A program made the position numbers and the translations under genes. A stretch of DNA of 64,000 nt, taken from Bacteroidota bacterium. Its GTDB lineage: Bacteria; Bacteroidota; Bacteroidia; UKL13-3. Each line of letters opens with the position of its first letter. Positions within the stretch are counted from its first letter, which is position 1. The stretch spans positions 33,744-97,743 of the forward strand of contig JANYDU010000027.1 in assembly GCA_025359805.1 (NCBI GenBank), given 5' to 3'. This document shows, in pieces, positions 29,637 to 39,561 of this stretch. The notes below the pieces were generated by a model, which was not told where the DNA came from, did no database searches, and was given only the letters and a program-made list of their open reading frames with translations.

Positions 29637-31178
29637 TTATTTTGTAATGATTTTAAACTCTACTCTACGGTTTAATTGTCGGTTTTCTTCGGTATCATTT
29701 TTTACGATGGATTTGTATTCTCCATAACCTCTGCAATTTATTCGTCCTTCTGCTATCCCTTTAAAAACAATATATTCTTTTACAGCCGCTGAACGGTTTC
29801 CGGATAGAATTAAATTATCGTCATTACTGCCCACATCATCTGTATGTCCGGCAATTTCAATTTCTACATCAGTATTATCTTTTAATAGTTGAATGAGTCT
29901 TTCAATTTCTGGATAGGATTCTTTTTTGAGTGTTGCTTTTCCCGAATCAAAGAATAGATTATTTAAGCGAATCACAGAACCTTTTTCAAAAGGAACCAGC
30001 ATCAAATCCTTTTTAATTTCTTTGTATTTATTTTCAATGGTCAAATCATAATTAAGCGAAATGGGCACATAGCCAATTGCCTTAGCTGTTATTCCATAAT
30101 TTTTTCCGTAAGGAAGCACCAACACATAATCGCCATTTTTGCTAATAAAATCAGCCACTCCAACTTTCTCTCCGCTGGGTAATAGTTCATAACTAATTTC
30201 TGCCTCAACTGGTAAATTGGTTTTTGAATTGAGTACTTTACCTTTTATTAAAATAACGGGTTTGGGCTTGGTTGTACTTTTTGTTTTTACTCTAACAATA
30301 TCTCCTTTCCCTAATGAGTTTTGGTACGAAACCAAATAGGCTAAATCACCCGATGCGGGAATGGTATAATAGGCATCCCAATCTTTAGTATTTATGGGTG
30401 CTCCTAAATTAATGGGCTTGCTCCATTTTCTCCAAGTATTATCTAATCGTTTACTCAAATAAATATCATTTGAACCTAATCCACCTTTTCTATTGCTCGA
30501 AAAATAAAGAGAAATCCCATCGGCAGCTAAAAATGGAGTAGTCTCGTCATCTTTAGTATTCACAGTATCTCCAAGGGATGTCGGTTCACTCCATCTTCCA
30601 TTAGGTTGTAAAAAACTTACATATAAATCGTTAACAGGACTTTCTTCTTTTTCGGAAAAACTGATAATCAAAGTTTTATTATCAAATGCCATGCAAGCTG
30701 ATGAATACAACCCTTTAAATCGCGACTCCCATTTTTTTATATGTAAAAATTTGGGGTCATTCCAAACATTACCATTTCGAGTAAGAAAAGAATAACCAAT
30801 TCTCGAATTAATTCCATCAGAATATGGGCCGCTAATCAACATTTTATTTCCATCAGAACTCACATTAAAAAGGGTATTGTATTCTTGTCGGTTTAAGTTT
30901 TCATCGGCATGTTTAGCAGGTTGCCAAACTCCTTCAGTATCTTTTATTGCGTACCAAATATCTTGAGAAGCAGAATCGCCATTTATATTTTCGGGATGAT
31001 TAGAGCGAATAAAGTAAAGTGTTTTTCCATCTGCAGAAATAATTGGATTAAGTTCCGAATATTTTGAGTTGATATTTGCCCCTAAATTTTCAATTTCCAA
31101 TTGTTGAGCATGTAAAAAAAATACGTTGCATACAAAAAAAAGAATTGCTAAAAAGTTGTTGATGCTAATTTTTATCAT
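29637..31178 (-). CDS. PD40 (TolB-like) propeller, CarboxypepD_reg-like and OmpA-C peptidoglycan-binding protein (paralog 1)
   Basis: Collinear with the neighbouring paralog, with long identical runs (AQQLEIENLG, SPIISADGKT, YFIRSNHP, RQLNRRVEFKI). Confidence 0.9.
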   Translation of the reverse strand: MIKISINNFLAILFFVCNVFFLHAQQLEIENLGANINSKYSELNPIISADGKTLYFIRSNHPENINGDSASQDIWYAIKDTEGVWQPAKHADENLNRQEYNTLFNVSSDGNKMLISGPYSDGINSRIGYSFLTRNGNVWNDPKFLHIKKWESRFKGLYSSACMAFDNKTLIISFSEKEESPVNDLYVSFLQPNGRWSEPTSLGDTVNTKDDETTPFLAADGISLYFSSNRKGGLGSNDIYLSKRLDNTWRKWSKPINLGAPINTKDWDAYYTIPASGDLAYLVSYQNSLGKGDIVRVKTKSTTKPKPVILIKGKVLNSKTNLPVEAEISYELLPSGEKVGVADFISKNGDYVLVLPYGKNYGITAKAIGYVPISLNYDLTIENKYKEIKKDLMLVPFEKGSVIRLNNLFFDSGKATLKKESYPEIERLIQLLKDNTDVEIEIAGHTDDVGSNDDNLILSGNRSAAVKEYIVFKGIAEGRINCRGYGEYKSIVKNDTEENRQLNRRVEFKIITK

Positions 31179-31199
31179 GGCATCAATAATACAAAAAAA

Positions 31200-32291
31200 T
31201 TAAAAAGCTTCGGTAACTTGTAAATATAAACCCCCTTCACCATTTAGCCCTTTGGCATAATCAATACGCAAATTGGTACGTTGAGATTTATTTAGCATAA
31301 TGCGAGCGCCCAATCCTGTTGATGGATTTATATATTGAAAACTTCCATCAGGTTCGCTTACTGTTTGTACTCCTGCAAATACAACACATCCAATGGCTTT
31401 CCAAATATGTGCTCTGTATTCGGCTTCAACACTCATAAAAGTTTTTCCTCTGTAGCGCCCTTGTACATATCCACGTGTAGTGAAATAGCGACCAAACATG
31501 GGCATAATCATATAAGGTACATTACCAAATGCTTGCTCATATAGGGTACGTAATGCAAGTACTTTTGAGTTTTTTTCATTGTTGTTTAGCAGAAAATAAG
31601 TTCTTAAATCAACCCTTAAATTGGTCCATGTTTGTGTGCTTCCCAATTCTTTAAAGTTTGGATTTAGAGCAATCTCTGCATAGTTTCCTTTAAAAGCATT
31701 TTGCACATTATCTCTGCTATCGTTAATAAAATGTAACCCAATTGATGAGGAGGTGAATTGTTGTGTACCGATTGCATGTTGAGCAAAAAAACTTGTTGAA
31801 TCTGGTTTATCACTTGCTAAATTCCAACAGTTATACAAACGATATTGAAGCCCTATAAAATTTTTTTTGCCAATACGTTTCATTATACGTTCTTCAAACT
31901 CAAGTGCTTTATAGCTTATTTTTTCAATATCATTTTCTCTTGAGCTTCTTGCTCCAAGTGCAAATGTATTTTCGGGCCAATCCAAGTATTGTAATTTTCC
32001 TTGAATCATCCAATCTTCATTATTGGTAAATAAAGTGTGATTGCCTTGTATAGCAAATTGTCCGTGTGTGGTTTTAATCAGATACAATTGTGCATTTGAA
32101 AAACGGGTTGTTTTTTTATCGCCCAACATAAAATTTGCATTGGCTAACACGCCATAACCAAAACCAATAAAAGGATCAGAAACTATTATTGGAAGGGGAG
32201 TTACAGAAAATTTTTTGGTTGATGAATCTACTTGCGCCAATGTTTTTTGGCTGATGATGATGAATAAAAAATAGTTGATAAACCTTTTCAT
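31200..32291 (-). CDS. Omp85/surface-antigen (D15) family beta-barrel protein lacking POTRA domains
   Basis: 363 aa with a signal peptide. Barrel-like C-terminus ending ..GLYLQVTEAF. Too short to carry POTRA repeats. Confidence 0.75.
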   Translation of the reverse strand: MKRFINYFLFIIISQKTLAQVDSSTKKFSVTPLPIIVSDPFIGFGYGVLANANFMLGDKKTTRFSNAQLYLIKTTHGQFAIQGNHTLFTNNEDWMIQGKLQYLDWPENTFALGARSSRENDIEKISYKALEFEERIMKRIGKKNFIGLQYRLYNCWNLASDKPDSTSFFAQHAIGTQQFTSSSIGLHFINDSRDNVQNAFKGNYAEIALNPNFKELGSTQTWTNLRVDLRTYFLLNNNEKNSKVLALRTLYEQAFGNVPYMIMPMFGRYFTTRGYVQGRYRGKTFMSVEAEYRAHIWKAIGCVVFAGVQTVSEPDGSFQYINPSTGLGARIMLNKSQRTNLRIDYAKGLNGEGGLYLQVTEAF

Positions 32292-32452
32292 ATCGTTTTA
32301 ATTTGATAGGACAAGATTCGAGGATATTGGGATGAAGACCTTGTCGGTTTTCAATTACGGAGTCAAAAAATAATTGCAATTTATCAGTTATATATCATGG
32401 TGTTTGCAAAATATGCAAATCAATAATTTATGAGTTTAAAATATAGAGAACG

Positions 32453-32644
32453 TTATTTGTTTTTAAGTTTTTCATTCACTCTTTTCTGCTCTTGCTTTAA
32501 TGAGTTTACAACATGGCTGTATGAAAATAGTATCGCAACAATTCCAACAATCAACAACCAATTGGCATATTCATGATTGGTTATTTTAAAGTATACACCA
32601 ATGATGATGAATATAAAGCCAAGAATAAAAATTATATTTTTCAT
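32453..32644 (-). CDS. Small two-helix membrane protein
   Basis: 63 aa with two hydrophobic segments and a basic tail. Starts 8 nt after the rsmG stop. Confidence 0.55.
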   Translation of the reverse strand: MKNIIFILGFIFIIIGVYFKITNHEYANWLLIVGIVAILFSYSHVVNSLKQEQKRVNEKLKNK

Positions 32645-32652
32645 GATATGAA

Positions 32653-33285
32653 TTAGTAAATAAACACCAGTTTTTTAGTTTCAAAAAATGCTTCATCAAA
32701 CCATTTTGTGATTGGTATTTCTTCGATGTATAGTTTTCTGTTGAGTTGTTTTAATGCTTTTAATTCTTCTTTTAAATCACCGCCTTTTAAAAATATATAC
32801 CCGTTTGTTTTTGTATTGAAAGCATCTGTGTTAATATAACTTTGAGTCCAACGGTATAATTGTTCTGTTGGTGCTACGGCTCTACTTAAAATAAAATTAA
32901 ACTTCTCTCTCAATTGCTCCACACGTCCTACAACAAAATCAGTATTTCTAAGCCCAATGGTTTCAGAAATATTTTCGGCAACATTTATTTTTTTAGCAAT
33001 AGAATCACATAAAGTGAATACTGCATCAGGAAACATAATAGCCAATGGAATACCTGGAAAACCACCCCCTGTGCCAATATCTAACACTTTAGTTCCATTT
33101 TTAAACTGAATAAATTTGGCAATGGATAGAGAGTGAAGAATATGTTTTTCATACAACGACTCAATATCTTTTCTCGAAACCACATTTATTTTTTCATTCC
33201 AATCGGCATACAATTCATACAACATATCAAATTGCATTTTTTGTTTTTCGGTAATGTCGGGGAAGTATTTTAGAATGATATCCAT
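32653..33285 (-). CDS. rsmG: 16S rRNA (guanine527-N7)-methyltransferase RsmG
   Basis: SAM-binding motif LDIGTGGGFPGIPLAI and overall GidB-like sequence. Confidence 0.93.
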   Translation of the reverse strand: MDIILKYFPDITEKQKMQFDMLYELYADWNEKINVVSRKDIESLYEKHILHSLSIAKFIQFKNGTKVLDIGTGGGFPGIPLAIMFPDAVFTLCDSIAKKINVAENISETIGLRNTDFVVGRVEQLREKFNFILSRAVAPTEQLYRWTQSYINTDAFNTKTNGYIFLKGGDLKEELKALKQLNRKLYIEEIPITKWFDEAFFETKKLVFIY

Positions 33286-33359
33286 GATAAGTTATTAAGG
33301 AATTAGGTTATTAGTTATTTGGTTAATAAGTTATCAGGTAATTAGAACGTAGCTTAACT

Positions 33360-34490
33360 TTACCACTCTCTTTTATTTTTTGCAAACAATCCTTTAGCCC
33401 CAAACACCAACAAATAAAATACATAAAGCAAATCTAATATTGGCAATGCAACTAATATGCTGGTGCATTTTAATTTTTTAGCAGCTAAATAAAATACTAT
33501 TTCTTGAGAAATTAATCTTAGTAAATAAATACCCAACACAATTGGCCAAGTTTGGATATTTAGAATTAATGTAGCTGTTAATGCGCCATAAAATAACATC
33601 AAACTCATGTAATATATTCCTAAAGTTTGTTTGTGTTTTGATTTATAAAACTTACCAGTAGTCATGTGTCGGCTTTTTTGACGACTCCATGCTGCATAAT
33701 CCTTTTTAGGTGCTGTACCCACAAAACTTTCTTCATTAATTTCAATCGCAACATTATTGGATGTGGCAGCTTCATTCACAAATAAATCATCATCACCGCT
33801 TAAAATATGTTGATGATTTGCAAATCCTTTATGACGAAAAAATAAATCTTTTCTGTAAGCTAAATTTCTTCCCACACCCATAAAAGGATTTTTCATTAAA
33901 GCCATGCTCATGTATAATAAGGCTGTCATAAAAGTTTCAAATCGAATATATAAATTCAAAAAACCACTTTCCTTATGGTATGGCGAATAGCCCAAAACAA
34001 TTTCTTTACTTTCTTCAAATTTGCTTTGAATATGACGTAGCCACTGATTATTTTTTGGAATGCAATCGGCATCAGTAAAAACCAATAAGTCATTTTTTGC
34101 TGATTTAATTCCGATGGTTACAGCAAATTTTTTTCCTGTAGGATATTTTTCTTGCTCAAATAATTGCGAAACATGAAGATGTTTATATTCATGTTGAAGT
34201 TCCTCTAAAACCTTTTGGCTATCGTCCCAAGAACAATCATTTACAACAACAACTTCAAAGTTTGGATAATCTTGTTCTAATATGGAACGTAAATTATTTT
34301 GCAAATTTTTACTCTCATTACGTGCAGCAATAATTACTGATAGCGGTTCAAATATATTTTTATTAGCAGGTATAGGTTTGTAAAAAGACAACTTGCCAAA
34401 CACCCCAAACAGATAATATAATTGCACCAAAAGCACTAAGGATAAAACGCTCAATAAAATAAATACTACAGGTTCAATAGTCTCCAACAT
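33360..34490 (-). CDS. Family 2 glycosyltransferase, membrane-embedded
   Basis: SVIIAARNE, VVVVNDCSWD, FTDADC and SGDDD motifs, with TM helices at both ends. Confidence 0.88.
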   Translation of the reverse strand: MLETIEPVVFILLSVLSLVLLVQLYYLFGVFGKLSFYKPIPANKNIFEPLSVIIAARNESKNLQNNLRSILEQDYPNFEVVVVNDCSWDDSQKVLEELQHEYKHLHVSQLFEQEKYPTGKKFAVTIGIKSAKNDLLVFTDADCIPKNNQWLRHIQSKFEESKEIVLGYSPYHKESGFLNLYIRFETFMTALLYMSMALMKNPFMGVGRNLAYRKDLFFRHKGFANHQHILSGDDDLFVNEAATSNNVAIEINEESFVGTAPKKDYAAWSRQKSRHMTTGKFYKSKHKQTLGIYYMSLMLFYGALTATLILNIQTWPIVLGIYLLRLISQEIVFYLAAKKLKCTSILVALPILDLLYVFYLLVFGAKGLFAKNKREW

Positions 34491-34598
34491 AATAGGGCGA
34501 AAATAGGAGTGAAGAGTTAGGGATTAAAATGTTGATTTCAACAGCATGTGAAGAACGTCCTTATTACGCTACATTTTTTATTTGTAATTTTAATTGTT

Positions 34599-35822
34599 AT
34601 GAAAAATTTAATCAAGTCCATAAAAGAATTTAATTCAGGGCGAAATCCTCAATTATTAAACATAAAATATAAGTTGATGCGAGATGATATTTTTCATTTT
34701 TACAGAGCCACTTGTCATTTGTTTGCGGAGGATAATTATGCGCAAATAATAATTAATGATGCTCCTTTAACATGGATTTGTGGCGATTTGCATTTGGAGA
34801 ATTTTGGTTCATACAAAGGAAATGATAGAGTAGTTTATTTTGATATGAATGATTTTGATGAAGCCATTCTTGCTCCCTTTTTGTGGGATGTTTCAAGGTT
34901 TTTGTGCAGTATAATTGTGGCACATAAAAGTTTATTTATTAAAAAAGAAGAAGCCATGATTTTGGCAGATTTAGTTTTAAAAAGATATATCAAAACAATT
35001 TCTATTGCACATATTGGAATGGTTGAAGCAGAAACTTCAACGGGGTTAATACATGATATGTTAGATGAATTAAAATCACGCAAACGAAAAGAATTTATTG
35101 ATAAGCGAACTGAAAGAGTATCGGGAAAGTTGAAGTTAAAAATTGATGGTATAAAAACACTTTTGATAAATGAGGATGAAAAAATGCTATTAAAAAATGT
35201 GATTAATACTTGGGGGCAAAGTAAAAGTGATAAAGATTTTTATGAAGTAAAAGATATCGCTATTAGGATTGCAGGAACAAGTTCGCTTGGTGTGGAACGG
35301 TATGTTATTTTGGTAGAAGGCAAGGGTAAAGACAATCATTATTTATTGGATATGAAATTGGCTATGCCTTCTTCATTATTAAAATTTACTAAAGCAAAAC
35401 AACCGCAATGGAGCAATGATGCGGAGCGTGTAATTGAAATTCAAAAACGCATGCAAGCTGTTTCACCGGCTTTACTTGATACTATAAAATGGAATGAAAA
35501 ATATTTTGTATTAAAAGAATTACAGCCAACAGAAGATAAACTCGACCTTTCATTGATGAAGGGTAAAGTAGAAAAACTTCAGGCTTCGTTAAAAAGTTTT
35601 GCTGATATAATTGCATGGAATCAATTGCGAAGTGCAAATCAACAAGGTTCTGCAGGTATTAATGAATTGACTGATTTTGTGAATAAACCAGATTGGCAAC
35701 AACCGCTTTTATCTTTTTGTTCAAACTATGCCGATGTGGTAAAAGAAGATTATAAATTTTTTTGTAACGCTTTTGATAAAGGAGAATTTAATGATGATGA
35801 AAATGCGGAATTGATTTCGTAA
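34599..35822 (+). CDS. DUF2252-family protein
   Basis: WICGDLHLENFG motif and overall resemblance, from memory. ATG 34599 is preferred over the hydrophobic GTG extension at 34548. Confidence 0.7.
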   Translation: MKNLIKSIKEFNSGRNPQLLNIKYKLMRDDIFHFYRATCHLFAEDNYAQIIINDAPLTWICGDLHLENFGSYKGNDRVVYFDMNDFDEAILAPFLWDVSRFLCSIIVAHKSLFIKKEEAMILADLVLKRYIKTISIAHIGMVEAETSTGLIHDMLDELKSRKRKEFIDKRTERVSGKLKLKIDGIKTLLINEDEKMLLKNVINTWGQSKSDKDFYEVKDIAIRIAGTSSLGVERYVILVEGKGKDNHYLLDMKLAMPSSLLKFTKAKQPQWSNDAERVIEIQKRMQAVSPALLDTIKWNEKYFVLKELQPTEDKLDLSLMKGKVEKLQASLKSFADIIAWNQLRSANQQGSAGINELTDFVNKPDWQQPLLSFCSNYADVVKEDYKFFCNAFDKGEFNDDENAELIS

Positions 35823-35823
35823 A

Positions 35824-35952
35824 TGTCATGCTGAGGCACGAAGCATCTCCTTTGGCGATAGACAATTAATGATGGTGACGAATTCTAAGTTCAATTTTTT
35901 TTAGCCATTTTAGGCTTGCATAAAGGCAGATACTTCGTGCCTCAGCATGACA
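35824..35952. repeat. Inverted-repeat element (25-bp arms with 1 mismatch, ~79-nt loop) that fills the gap between two convergent stop codons
   Basis: TGTCATGCTGAGGCACGAAGCATCT (35824-35848) pairs with AGATACTTCGTGCCTCAGCATGACA (35928-35952). The arms are GC-rich relative to their surroundings. Confidence 0.85.
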
Positions 35953-35955
35953 AAT

Positions 35956-37098
35956 TTATATAGTTGCGAAGTAAATTTTCCACAATTGTTTCATTAAATT
36001 TTCGGTATCAAATTTCTTTGCTTGCACTATTTCTTTTTCAATCATTGCATTTCTTTTTTCGTTATCATTAAGAACCATGTGCATTTGATTTGCAAGTTCA
36101 TGAGCATCATCAAATTTAAAATATAATGCGGCATCTCCGCCTACTTCGGGTAATGATGAAGTATTTGCCGCAAGTATAGGAACACGGCTTCTTAAGCCTT
36201 CTAAAACTGGAATTCCGAAACCTTCAAACTCTGATGCGTAAACAAATAAGGAAGAAAGTTGATAGATAACTGGAAGATGATTTTGTTTTATATCTTTAAG
36301 AAAAAACACACGATCGTTTAATAAATTATCGTTGATATAATCATGCAAATATTTTGCATACATGGTTTCCTTTCCAATAAAAACCAATTTTATATTTTCA
36401 TCATTCAACTCATGAAATGCTTTGAGCACTGTAAATTGATTTTTACGCTCTTCAATGGTTCCTACACATAAAATAAATTGAGTTGGAAGTTGGTATAAAG
36501 TTGCTACTTCATCTTTTATTTTCTCATCAACTTTCGCCTCAAAACATTCATCACAATTTTGATAAGCAACTATTATTTTTTCTTCACTGATATGAAAATG
36601 ATTGATAATATCTTGTTTGGTTTGTAGGCTTGTAGCTAGCACCACATCTGCATATTGGCAAGCATGTTTAAATTTTTTGGTGTAAATATATCTATCAATA
36701 TTATTGTAGTAATTTGGATAACGCAAAAAAATCAAATCGTGAATGGTGACTACCTTTTTTACTGCTAATTTTTCGATTCCATTTGGAAGTTCGTTGCTCA
36801 ATCCATGAAACACATCAAGATGAAATTCTTTTATTAAATCGGTAATGGCAAAACTTCTCCAAACAGAATGAAATGTTTTATTCCAAGCACTTTCTGGAGT
36901 AATAATATGGATATTGGGAAGCGAAGGAATAAAATTTTGGAACTCAGATTTTATAGAAGGAGTAAATAAAAAATATTCGTTATCAGGAAAAAATTTCAAC
37001 AATGCTTTAATTACAAATCGAGCATAGTTTCCTAAACCTGTGCCATTGTTAAACGCTCTTTTTGCATCAAAACCTATTCTCATTTTCATAATTTCCAA
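35956..37098 (-). CDS. GT-B fold glycosyltransferase (family 1/4)
   Basis: MRIGFDAKR N-terminus and the EGFGIPVLEGL motif. Confidence 0.9.
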   Translation of the reverse strand: MEIMKMRIGFDAKRAFNNGTGLGNYARFVIKALLKFFPDNEYFLFTPSIKSEFQNFIPSLPNIHIITPESAWNKTFHSVWRSFAITDLIKEFHLDVFHGLSNELPNGIEKLAVKKVVTIHDLIFLRYPNYYNNIDRYIYTKKFKHACQYADVVLATSLQTKQDIINHFHISEEKIIVAYQNCDECFEAKVDEKIKDEVATLYQLPTQFILCVGTIEERKNQFTVLKAFHELNDENIKLVFIGKETMYAKYLHDYINDNLLNDRVFFLKDIKQNHLPVIYQLSSLFVYASEFEGFGIPVLEGLRSRVPILAANTSSLPEVGGDAALYFKFDDAHELANQMHMVLNDNEKRNAMIEKEIVQAKKFDTENLMKQLWKIYFATI

Positions 37099-37124
37099 TT
37101 ACGTAATCATGTACGTTTTATAAT

Positions 37125-37943
37125 TTAAACAGCCACATTATACTCTCTCAGAGCATCATTTAAAGAAGTTTTTGTATCTGTTGATTCTTTTCTGGTTCCA
37201 ATAATTAATGCACATGGAACTTGATAATTACCCGCAGCAAATTTTTTGGTATAACTTCCAGGAATTACCACCGAGCGTGATGGAACAATTCCTTTATATT
37301 CTTTAGGTTCGTTTCCTGTAACATCAATAATTTTTGTGCTCATAGTAATAGTAACCCCTGCACCAAGTACGGCTTCTTTTTCAACTCTTACACCTTCCAC
37401 AACTATACAACGTGAGCCAATAAAACAATTGTCTTCAATAATTACTGGAGCTGCTTGGATGGGTTCTAAAACTCCTCCAATTCCAACACCTCCGCTTAAA
37501 TGCACATGTTTTCCAATTTGCGCACAACTGCCAACCGTTGCCCACGTATCCACCATTGTACCTTCATCTACATACGCACCAATATTTACATAACTTGGCA
37601 TTAATATGACACCTTTTTGTAAAAATGCACCGTATCGAGCAACCGCATGTGGCACAACTCTAACACCCAATTCTTCATAGTTATTTTTCAATTTCATTTT
37701 ATCATAAAACTCCATCGGACCAGCATAAAGTGTTTCCATTTTTTGAATAGGGAAATATAATATCACTGCTTTTTTTACCCACTCATTTACTTGCCAATTT
37801 CCAGTTTCGGCAATGGGCTCAGCCACTCTAAGTTTACCTTTATCCAATAACTCTATTACATCACGAATAAGTTGTTGCGATGATTCTTCTTTTAACAATT
37901 CTCTATTGTTCCAAATATTTTCAATTGCCTGTTGTGCACTCAT
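37125..37943 (-). CDS. dapD: 2,3,4,5-tetrahydropyridine-2,6-dicarboxylate N-succinyltransferase
   Basis: Hexapeptide-repeat region (GAYVDEGTMVDTWATVGSCAQIGK, GGVGIGGVLEP) and length typical of DapD. Confidence 0.9.
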   Translation of the reverse strand: MSAQQAIENIWNNRELLKEESSQQLIRDVIELLDKGKLRVAEPIAETGNWQVNEWVKKAVILYFPIQKMETLYAGPMEFYDKMKLKNNYEELGVRVVPHAVARYGAFLQKGVILMPSYVNIGAYVDEGTMVDTWATVGSCAQIGKHVHLSGGVGIGGVLEPIQAAPVIIEDNCFIGSRCIVVEGVRVEKEAVLGAGVTITMSTKIIDVTGNEPKEYKGIVPSRSVVIPGSYTKKFAAGNYQVPCALIIGTRKESTDTKTSLNDALREYNVAV

Positions 37944-38012
37944 CTTATAAAATTTGCTGCTAAACTAAACATTAAGCATTCAACATTCAAAATTTAACAT
38001 TTATTTTGCAAC

Positions 38013-39545
38013 ATGAAAACACGTTCATCACGCAAACCAAAACTTATAGAACGATCAGCTGAACGCAGCGATTTTGACGAAATTATAGAGCTCTCAAAAA
38101 TATGTTTTCCCGATACCGAACCTTGGAGTTACGAAATGTTGGAGAGCCAATACAAAATTTTTAGTGATGGCATGCAGGTTATTGAATACGAAGGAAAAAT
38201 TGTGGGCTCGGCAACCAGTTTAATTGTGAGTTGGGATGAATATGATGACGATCATACTTGGAAAGAAATTAGCGATAATGGCTATATAACTAATCATGAT
38301 GATGAAGGTGATACCTTGTATGGAATTGAAGTAATGGTTCATCCAGATTATCAAGGATTGAAAATTGGAAGGCGTTTATATGAAATGCGAAGAACAGTTT
38401 GTGTGGAAAAAAATTTAATGCGTATTTTAATCGGTGGACGTTTGCCCAATTACCATGCCTACTCCGAAAAGTTTGGAATTAGAGCCTATGTAAAACGTGT
38501 TATCGAAAAAAAAATTAAAGATCCTGTTCTTACTTTTCAACTTTCTCAAGGGTTTACCATTCAACGCCTCATCAAAGATTATTTGCCTGATGATACAGAA
38601 AGCGAAGGATACGCAACACTTTTAGAGTGGATTAATTTAGATTATATTCCTGAAACCCGTGAGCGAAGTGTGTTGATGAAAAAGGTTCGGATTTGTTGTA
38701 TTCAATATGAGTTAAGAAAAATAAAATCGTTTAAAGAATTTGCTCAACAATGTGAATATTTTACCGATGTGGCTTCTAATTACAAATCAGATTTTGCTTT
38801 GTTTCCTGAACTTTTCACCACTCAATTGTTATCATTACATGAGTATAAAAGCATGAGCCCCGAAGATAGTATTCGTAAGTTGGATGAATATACTGATGAT
38901 TATATTACCCTGTTTTCACGACTTTCGTTAGAGTATAATATCAACATTATTGCTGGTACGCATTTGCAAGTTGAAAACGATAACCTATATAATATTTCGT
39001 ACTTATTTAAGCGAGACGGAACTTTTGAAAAGCAATATAAAATTCATATCACATCCAATGAAGCAAAGTGGTGGGGAGTTAGGCCGGGTAACGAAATAAA
39101 AGTGTTTAATACCGATTGCGGAAAAATTGCTATTAATGTTTGTTATGATGTGGAGTTTCCGGAAATGGCTCGTGTGGCTTGTGCTAAAGGAGCTAAAATT
39201 TTATTTGTTCCTTTTTCAACAGATGAAAAACACGGGCATCTTAGGGTAAAAATTTGTGCTCAATCTCGTGCTGTTGAAAATCAAATTTTTGTAGCCACTG
39301 CTGGAACCATTGGAAATATTCCTTCGGTTGAAAACATGGATATTAATTATGCCCAATCTGGAATTTATACGCCAAGTGATTTTGCTTTTCCGCCTGATGC
39401 AATTGCTGGTGAGTGTAATACCAATATTGAAACTGTTGTTATTGCAGATCTCGATTTGGCAGCTCTTGAGCGTGCCCGTAATACAGGAACAGTTTTAAAT
39501 TGGAAAGACCGAAGGTTGGATATGTATGAAGTGATGGAGAAGTAA
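38013..39545 (+). CDS. Bifunctional GNAT N-acetyltransferase / carbon-nitrogen hydrolase (nitrilase superfamily) fusion
   Basis: N-terminal GNAT motif (VMVHPDYQGLKIGRRLY). C-terminal CN-hydrolase triad context: LFPELF (Glu), KQYKIHIT (Lys), INVCYDVEFPE (Cys). Confidence 0.88.
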   Translation: MKTRSSRKPKLIERSAERSDFDEIIELSKICFPDTEPWSYEMLESQYKIFSDGMQVIEYEGKIVGSATSLIVSWDEYDDDHTWKEISDNGYITNHDDEGDTLYGIEVMVHPDYQGLKIGRRLYEMRRTVCVEKNLMRILIGGRLPNYHAYSEKFGIRAYVKRVIEKKIKDPVLTFQLSQGFTIQRLIKDYLPDDTESEGYATLLEWINLDYIPETRERSVLMKKVRICCIQYELRKIKSFKEFAQQCEYFTDVASNYKSDFALFPELFTTQLLSLHEYKSMSPEDSIRKLDEYTDDYITLFSRLSLEYNINIIAGTHLQVENDNLYNISYLFKRDGTFEKQYKIHITSNEAKWWGVRPGNEIKVFNTDCGKIAINVCYDVEFPEMARVACAKGAKILFVPFSTDEKHGHLRVKICAQSRAVENQIFVATAGTIGNIPSVENMDINYAQSGIYTPSDFAFPPDAIAGECNTNIETVVIADLDLAALERARNTGTVLNWKDRRLDMYEVMEK

Positions 39546-39561
39546 TTATAATTTTAAAGAT

